In this document: positions 57,831 through 64,000 of the stretch, in pieces
Layout of the letters: every line of letters begins with the position of its first letter
How positions within the stretch are numbered: position 1 is the first letter of the stretch
NCBI GenBank assembly: GCA_965216565.1
Contig: OZ244170.1
Location: 4,512,001-4,576,000 of the forward strand
From: Bythopirellula sp.
GTDB taxonomy: Bacteria > Planctomycetota > Planctomycetia > Pirellulales > Lacipirellulaceae
Reading direction: 5' to 3'
DNA length: 64,000 nt
Notes under the pieces: model-generated
Told to the model about the DNA's origin: nothing
Seen by the model: only the letters and a program-made list of their open reading frames with translations
The model's database searches: none
Position numbers and translations under genes: made by a program

Positions 57831-60677
57831 TTACACGAGTCCTTTTTGCTTGCGAACGATCCATTCGACTGCCAGACAGCCAAAGACAATCCACAAATTG
57901 GCCCAGCGGTTCCACAGAGGTTTGCGGCGTACGGTTTCGGTCACTTCGGGGGTGAGCGACGCGAGTTCGATCACCTCCGACATTGCAGTGGGTGGCAGGA
58001 CTTGCCCCCCCGTGATTTTGGCAACTTGTTCGAGAAGCGTGAGGTTAGCACTTGTGTCGAGCATCTCGATATTATCGTTCCCCTCGACCGTGACTAAGGT
58101 GCGAATTTGCCCAGGGATGTCCCCGGCGGACGACAATGAATTAATTACGTCCCCTTCCAGCACGATTTCGTACGTGCCGGGCATCAGATCGGCCAGTTTG
58201 GCGAAATACCGTCCGGCGACTTCCTCGTCACCCTGCATTTCGACGGAGTCAACCGGTCCATCTAGGGTTTTGGCAACCGCCTCGATCGATTGATCTGAAA
58301 GTGGTCGTCCCGACTGATCTTTGAGCCATACAGTCACTTCTATCGGCTCGTTAACCTGATATCGATTACGGTTCGTGCTGAGGCGAATTGTGTCTGAACC
58401 AGCAGCCGACTCGGCCGCGGTAATCCAACGGAGCATTTGCCCCCAGAATCGATGATGGCGACGATCGCCCCGGCGAAATCTCAATAGGTAAGTCTGAGGC
58501 GATGACAAGTACACCACTCGGCCAGCCCCAACCTGTTGCCAGCAAAGGAAAGAGGGTCGACCTGCCAGGCTCTCGCGGAAGTTCTTATTGTCGAATTCGT
58601 CAATCGGAACCGCATGGAGAAGGGTGCGCGTGGTTTCCTTAGGCTTTGAATAGATGGAGAGTTCGTACAGGGGTTGACGCAAATAGGTGTTCTCCCAAGC
58701 AAGCTGGCTAGTTTGCGCATCAGTATCAATTGCCATGGCACTGTGAAGTCTGCCTTCGTCTGTAAACGCGATGCCATGAGGTTCGGCCAATTGGGCGTCT
58801 TCCAATCGATCGACTGGCAACACATCCATCAGTGGCCGGTCGACATACTCATGCGGCATGTGATCTCGACCGGCAATCAAGATTAAGTGGCCACTTTGTC
58901 GACGAACATATTCGACGAGGGCCTCCTGGCTCTTATTGCTAAAATGTTTGGGGCCGACATCGCCCATAATTACGACGTCATATACGGACCAATCATCGGC
59001 CGTTTCTGGCAAACGGAGTCGGCGGGCGATATCGCCGGAGCCTCGTACGCGGGGATAAAACAATAGTTCGTCGAATTCAATGTGGCGATCGCGGCGGAAA
59101 AGTTGCTGCAAATAGCGATACTCCCATTGCGAAATCCCATCGACCAGCAAAACGCGGATCCTGTCCCGGACGACTTCAATTGAAATGGGAACTACGTTGT
59201 TGGCCGAGTTTGCCTCTTCGTCGACCAGTTCTACGTCGATCTCGTAATCTTGCAAACCGAGTTCGTCGCAGGCTATTTCAAACTGTACTCGACGATCGAT
59301 GCGAGGCCCGTGAAAAGCCAAGAGCTTTCGTTCCTGCTCGATGCCATCGTGGCGAAGCACAATTTCGGTGGAGAGCCCATCGCAATTTGTGGCGGTCACG
59401 ATGGTTTCGATCGTGGCCGTATCGCCTTTGATTACTGAGGACGGGGCCTCGACCCGATGTAGCCGCACGTCACGCACCATCTCGGTGCTTCCCACGGGCA
59501 CAATGAAAACAGGTAGGTTAATTAAGTTAGCGGCAGCTTCTTGAGGAGCCTGCGATTTGAGCGCGTTGTGGTGTCCATCAGAAAGCACGAGTGCCAATCG
59601 CGTGTTGGTGCTGCTGGTTTCTGATGCGAGTTGTTCCAGAACTTTCGTGATATCGGTCGAGGGCATGCTGCCGCTATCTGACGGAGCCGAACTGAGTTCT
59701 GCGGCAGCATCACTCTCCCAGGAGACACTTTCCAAAGCTGTCTTCCAAGGAATCGATTCCCCCACGGGCGCTAGCTTGTCGTCGAACAAGAAACGCCTGA
59801 TCCGAACTTCCTCGTCCATTTTGGCGAGAAGAGATTCTTCCAAGGAGTCGAGCGCGGTTGCGGTTTTCTCCCGACGCGAGAGATTAGCCTCTGCCAGTGA
59901 TACGGCGGTTTGCTCTGCGGCGATGGTCCCGGCGATGTCGCGAGACAGATTGTGAAGACGACGCTCCGCAGCGGAGATTCCCGCAATCAAGTTCTCTAGA
60001 TGAATCGTGAGTTCGCCCGCCGAAGTCGTGTGGCGATCTTCCAGTAACTGCTGAAGCTTATCCAGTGACTCGGCAACCGGTCCGGCTAGCAAGTCATCGG
60101 CACGGCTTGCGCGTTGGCCCAAGCCCTCGTAGTCGTCTAGCGAGGCGGCTAGTCGATCGCAATAGTCGGTGGCGCGACTGACGGCAGTGGCAATATCTTC
60201 TACCAAGAGTCGAAGTTGTTCCAAGGGCCGGTGCTCGGCAATCTGCCTCTCTGCAGCAAGGCAGGAAGCGTGGCCGGAATGCAAAGCCACAGCAGCACGA
60301 TCTGATAAAGAAACCGGAGAATCCGAATTCGCGGAATCAGTCGACAGTGACCAGCGCAGCGTATCAGTCGGCTCTGCTGGGTCGACGGTGATCATGCTAT
60401 TGCTGCCATCAGCCAAGATGGCAATGGATTGGGGCTTGGTTCTTCTCTCCTTCTGCTCCTGCATCGGACCGACCAACATCCAAAGTGCAATGGCCAATGC
60501 AGTGACTCGGAGCATCCAGAACAAAGCTGCCCAGAAAAGTCCAAGCGTTCTCCGTTCTCGCCACATGAGCCAAGCCGCTACCAACGCCATCGCCACGGCC
60601 AGCAGAGCAGCAGCTGTGATACCGATCGAGCCATCGAAAACGATACGCTCCAGCACTAGTTTTTCGTCAGTGGGCAT
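57831..60677 (-). CDS. Membrane protein with a VWA (MIDAS) domain, Ig-like domains and a class I glutamine-amidotransferase-like domain
   Basis: Two N-terminal TM segments ending LR...P; LADGSNSM and LSDG; RVLLVDG...WEYRYL, YDVVIMGD, GAGRV and RFWGQMLRW; C-terminal TM ending EW.VRK..GL. The start is uncertain (60677-60725). Confidence 0.82.
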   Translation of the reverse strand: MPTDEKLVLERIVFDGSIGITAAALLAVAMALVAAWLMWRERRTLGLFWAALFWMLRVTALAIALWMLVGPMQEQKERRTKPQSIAILADGSNSMITVDPAEPTDTLRWSLSTDSANSDSPVSLSDRAAVALHSGHASCLAAERQIAEHRPLEQLRLLVEDIATAVSRATDYCDRLAASLDDYEGLGQRASRADDLLAGPVAESLDKLQQLLEDRHTTSAGELTIHLENLIAGISAAERRLHNLSRDIAGTIAAEQTAVSLAEANLSRREKTATALDSLEESLLAKMDEEVRIRRFLFDDKLAPVGESIPWKTALESVSWESDAAAELSSAPSDSGSMPSTDITKVLEQLASETSSTNTRLALVLSDGHHNALKSQAPQEAAANLINLPVFIVPVGSTEMVRDVRLHRVEAPSSVIKGDTATIETIVTATNCDGLSTEIVLRHDGIEQERKLLAFHGPRIDRRVQFEIACDELGLQDYEIDVELVDEEANSANNVVPISIEVVRDRIRVLLVDGISQWEYRYLQQLFRRDRHIEFDELLFYPRVRGSGDIARRLRLPETADDWSVYDVVIMGDVGPKHFSNKSQEALVEYVRRQSGHLILIAGRDHMPHEYVDRPLMDVLPVDRLEDAQLAEPHGIAFTDEGRLHSAMAIDTDAQTSQLAWENTYLRQPLYELSIYSKPKETTRTLLHAVPIDEFDNKNFRESLAGRPSFLCWQQVGAGRVVYLSSPQTYLLRFRRGDRRHHRFWGQMLRWITAAESAAGSDTIRLSTNRNRYQVNEPIEVTVWLKDQSGRPLSDQSIEAVAKTLDGPVDSVEMQGDEEVAGRYFAKLADLMPGTYEIVLEGDVINSLSSAGDIPGQIRTLVTVEGNDNIEMLDTSANLTLLEQVAKITGGQVLPPTAMSEVIELASLTPEVTETVRRKPLWNRWANLWIVFGCLAVEWIVRKQKGLV

Positions 60678-60702
60678 GGCAATGGGGTCTAATGACAATT
60701 CC

Positions 60703-62913
60703 TTAGTTGGTAGAGACAGCGACACCGCTGCGCTGCTGAGCCAGTAGGTGCGACAGCACTAACTCGCCACCGAATAGCACAACGAGTGCTCCCAGCAGCA
60801 TCCCCCAGATGGGTTCTTGCCGGGGTAACGATTGGACGTTGGTTGCCGCCTCGGATTCGGTCCCGTCGAAACTTACACCGGACAGTGTCGCGAGCTTTTC
60901 ACGTTGCTTGGGATCGATTGGTTTATAGCGAGATTCCTCTGCTTCGCGGGCGACATGAAATGGCATACTGGCCACGATCTTGTCGCCGAAAGTGAACACG
61001 GCCTGATACATACCCGGTGTTTGGGTTTGCGAATAGCGAGCCACGGGTCGGCCTTCGACTTCTTGCACAACGAGAGGCACGACTTCGCCATTAGGTCGAT
61101 GCAAGCTAGCCTCTGCGGCACCACCATCAACCACTGGCGAGGCAACAATTGCTGTGCCGGGCGTTAGATTGTAGCGGGCTGTCGAGGGAGCAGTGAGATA
61201 ATCGAGCCAATCTTGCACCATCACCGGAAAGGATTTTAATTGCGGAAGATTACTTTGACCTAAGCCAATAGGAAAAGTCTGCAGCAATGCCCTGCCCTGC
61301 CCTAAGTATTTTTCGACCACCAAGGGTGTTCCATCGCCTGCTTCTAAGACGATGGAAACGTTTGTCGCGGATTCGCCTGACTGGGCAAACTGCCAATACT
61401 CGTAAACCCGAGCTTGATCGATGTCTAGCTGAGTAGTGTTGGCCAGCGTGGTTGTGGCCGGATGGTCTTGCGACGGGGGATGAATCATGCTCGCCGCATC
61501 GTCATCCTGCCCGCCGGTCCGCAGATCTTGGAGCATGAGTGGACTTGTGCCCTGTCCGTCGTCGTACCAGTTGCTATTGAATTCTGCGATTTCTATTCGG
61601 TCTCCCAAAGCCATCCAAAGCCCGCCACCTTGCTTGACAAAGTCCAGCAACCGCTCGCGCACTTGGCCATTGATGTCGCCCAAATTGGTGATGATCACGG
61701 CGCGATAGTCGGCCAAGCTGATCTCAGACAGTTCCTGAGAATTTGCGAGATCGGGTTGATAGACCGAATGCCATTTGAGCGCTTCCTCGCCTCGGTAGCC
61801 GAGCGAAGCGGTAAGCAGTCTGTCCGCAGAATTTTTGGAGAAGTCTCGTTCGTCATCGTGAACGATCAAGATTGGAATGCGGTCGGAAATCTCGACGACA
61901 ACGGTGCCTGTTTGATCGAGAGGAATCTGGTCGTCCGTGTCGATGAGGCAGGAGATCGCGATTTGACCCGCCTCTTTCACTGGTAGAGTAATTGCAACGC
62001 TTGTCGACTGGCCGGCATCCAAGGCTTTGAGTGGTGATGTGTCCACCACTTCATTGTCGAACAGCCATTCGATTGTGGACTCGCCGGATTCCGTCTGTCC
62101 AACGTTTGCTATCCGGGCAGTGAACGAAATCGACTCGCCAGGTCGGGCATGAAGTCTTGAGGCCTCCAAGCCCATCACTGCGAGGTTGTTCAGCACAGCA
62201 TCTTTTGGCTCGCAGTCGATGATTTCGATGGTGGTAGGAAGTTCCAGTTCTTCTCGAGTAGTTTCGAGCCGACTCCATGCCTTGGCGGATTCCAGATGCC
62301 AGCTCTGTTGTTGGTTGTCAGTGAATAGGACAACCCGTCGAGATGCGGGATTGTCGGTTGGCTGCAGATTGATGGCTGTTTGTAGGCTAGCCAACAAATC
62401 GGCACTGCCTTCGGTAGGCTCTACCTGATCAAGCAAAGTGCCCAACTGCTGCTTGCCACTGCCATCCGCGGCGATGGCCTCGAGCGTTAACCATTGAGGT
62501 CCACTGGCGAGCATTATCTGCACACGATCGCCACCATCGAGTTCGGCTAGAAGTTCCTCCACTTGCTCTTTCATTTTTTCGCTAGCCGATTGGTCTTCGA
62601 CTTCGCGGGACATCGAGAGCGAGTTGTCCACAATTAGCACGATCTCGCGGTTCTCAGAACTGCCGAATAGTGAACTGCGGAGCATCGGCTGGGCGAGCGC
62701 CAGAACTAGAGCCAGTACAGTAGCAACGCGCAACAGCATAAGTAGTAACTCTTCCAAGCGTTCCATGCGGCGACCTTTGGTAACCGCTTCGGCTAGGAAT
62801 TGCATGGCACCCCATGAGATCGTGTCGCGTTGGCGACCTCGATACAGGTGAATCGCAATCGGCAGAGCAACCAACGGCAAGGCAAACAGAAATGCGGCAC
62901 TAAGAAACGACAT
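60703..62913 (-). CDS. BatA-type N-terminal double-TM protein with VWA, CARDB-like and GATase-like domains
   Basis: MSFL...LPIAIHL....W.AM.FL....LLLMLLR...LALAQP, IVDNSLSM, LFTD.Q, FVKQGGGL...LG, NLP...SF and a C-terminal TM. Confidence 0.88.
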   Translation of the reverse strand: MSFLSAAFLFALPLVALPIAIHLYRGRQRDTISWGAMQFLAEAVTKGRRMERLEELLLMLLRVATVLALVLALAQPMLRSSLFGSSENREIVLIVDNSLSMSREVEDQSASEKMKEQVEELLAELDGGDRVQIMLASGPQWLTLEAIAADGSGKQQLGTLLDQVEPTEGSADLLASLQTAINLQPTDNPASRRVVLFTDNQQQSWHLESAKAWSRLETTREELELPTTIEIIDCEPKDAVLNNLAVMGLEASRLHARPGESISFTARIANVGQTESGESTIEWLFDNEVVDTSPLKALDAGQSTSVAITLPVKEAGQIAISCLIDTDDQIPLDQTGTVVVEISDRIPILIVHDDERDFSKNSADRLLTASLGYRGEEALKWHSVYQPDLANSQELSEISLADYRAVIITNLGDINGQVRERLLDFVKQGGGLWMALGDRIEIAEFNSNWYDDGQGTSPLMLQDLRTGGQDDDAASMIHPPSQDHPATTTLANTTQLDIDQARVYEYWQFAQSGESATNVSIVLEAGDGTPLVVEKYLGQGRALLQTFPIGLGQSNLPQLKSFPVMVQDWLDYLTAPSTARYNLTPGTAIVASPVVDGGAAEASLHRPNGEVVPLVVQEVEGRPVARYSQTQTPGMYQAVFTFGDKIVASMPFHVAREAEESRYKPIDPKQREKLATLSGVSFDGTESEAATNVQSLPRQEPIWGMLLGALVVLFGGELVLSHLLAQQRSGVAVSTN

Positions 62914-62919
62914 GGAGGA

Positions 62920-63999
62920 TTACGCCCGCCTTGCTTTACTGGTGCTATTGCTGGCAGCCCGACGGCGAAGGTAGTGAACCAGTGAATCTCCCAGATCGCC
63001 GTCGGTGGTGAGCGTTACCAGGTCGGCCCCAATGTCAACCATCGCTTCTTTCAACTTCTCCATAAATGTGGAGAATTCCTTCAGGTATTGTTTGCGAACT
63101 GTGTTGGGGTTGATTTGCAAGCGTCGCGGCAGCTCCAGATCTTGAAAGAACGATTCCCTTCGAAATGGAAATGTGAGTTCCTCGGGCGCTAATACTTGAA
63201 ATACCAACACATCGTGCCCACGGAGCCGGAACTGCAATAATGAATCTTTGATTTTCTCAACGTCGCCAAAGCAATCGGAGAAAAGTATGACCAGACCTCG
63301 ACGCTTCAGCCGCCCAGCAACTTCTTGCAGCACTTCGTCCAGGGCGGCTTCGCCGGTGGTTTGGGCTCGCCCCAGCACGTCGAGCACTCGTGCCAAATGG
63401 CTGGAGCGGGGCAAAGGGCGGAGATAGTCGACGAGGTGTTCGCCCACCACGGCGAGGCCCACCGAATCGCGCTGTCTTAACAGCAGATGCCCCAAAGCGG
63501 CGCTCGCCATTCGCGCATATTCCCATTTGCTGACGGTCGACATGCCGAATTGCATCGAACCGCTGGAGTCGACAATCATCAATGCCTGGAGGTTTGTTTC
63601 GTCATCGTACCGCTTGACGTAGTAGCGATCGCTCTTGGCAAATTGCCGCCAATCGAGTTGCCGAATGTCGTCCCCTTTGGCGTAGGGGCGAAATTCGGAG
63701 AAATCGGTGCAGCCACCCTTGTGCGTCGAGCGATGCTTGCCGGATAGAATGCCGTCGACGACCGTTCGCGCGATTAAGTCGAGGCGACCAAGTTTAGAGA
63801 GCGTATCTGGATCAAAGAATGGAGTTACTGGTGTCGCTAGATCAGTTGTGCTATTCGATGACGGCGATTCGTTACTGACAACCGCAGCCGAATGCCCATT
63901 AGCATTGGCTTGCCGGTCTCGCAGTGAAGCGACAAATCGATTGACACGGTTCTCGGGCACAATATTCTCTTCCAGCAATCTCAGTAGGTGGCGAAAACG
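62920..63999 (-). CDS. DUF58 (VWA-like, MoxR-associated) protein; the frame is open to the window edge
   Basis: G.H.S..KG...FSEFRPY..GDDIRQLDW, YVKRY.DETN, VDSSGSM and SD. There is no upstream stop before 63999 (RFRHLLRLLEEN...). Confidence 0.92.
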   Translation of the reverse strand, partial: RFRHLLRLLEENIVPENRVNRFVASLRDRQANANGHSAAVVSNESPSSNSTTDLATPVTPFFDPDTLSKLGRLDLIARTVVDGILSGKHRSTHKGGCTDFSEFRPYAKGDDIRQLDWRQFAKSDRYYVKRYDDETNLQALMIVDSSGSMQFGMSTVSKWEYARMASAALGHLLLRQRDSVGLAVVGEHLVDYLRPLPRSSHLARVLDVLGRAQTTGEAALDEVLQEVAGRLKRRGLVILFSDCFGDVEKIKDSLLQFRLRGHDVLVFQVLAPEELTFPFRRESFFQDLELPRRLQINPNTVRKQYLKEFSTFMEKLKEAMVDIGADLVTLTTDGDLGDSLVHYLRRRAASNSTSKARRA

Positions 64000-64000
64000 G

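Overview
This 64-kb window is bacterial chromosome, almost certainly from a planctomycete (Pirellulales/Lacipirellulaceae-like). The assignment rests on a DUF1559 prepilin-type protein, a giant protein with the LExRxLLA leader, three PEP-CTERM proteins (two with dockerin-like DFNxD repeats) and a Lpg1974-type outer-membrane protein. There are four blocks. (1) 1-15 kb is a carbohydrate-utilisation locus ending at a tRNA-Val(GAC). It holds a DUF4185/GH183-like partial gene, a DUF1559 plus lipoprotein pair, an uncharacterised class I aldolase-like TIM barrel, a D-lyxose/mannose isomerase, a sugar porter, a long class I mannose-6-P isomerase, a ROK kinase, GH92 and GH78. (2) 15.8-36.4 kb is mostly housekeeping (der, family-4 UDG, pckA, lepA, bcp, rsfS, argS) interleaved with PEP-CTERM proteins, a probably inactive CHAT protein, a GNAT, a CinA-like/NadD-like fusion and REP-like palindromes. 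(3) 36.8-48.5 kb encodes surface proteins: a porin, a sulfatase-LamG-PEP-CTERM protein and a 2103-aa beta-helix protein. (4) 48.6-64 kb is a minus-strand run: DUF58, BatA/VWA, VWA/GATase-like, DUF4175-like, three tandem exported prenyltransferase/squalene-oxidase-repeat paralogues, then a nucleotidyltransferase-HD fusion. The best candidates for an undescribed system are the VWA/DUF58 envelope operon with its triplicated toroid proteins, and the sugar locus with its unassigned aldolase. I found no CRISPR array, rRNA, integrase or transposase. All family calls come from motif recognition by eye; no database searches were run.
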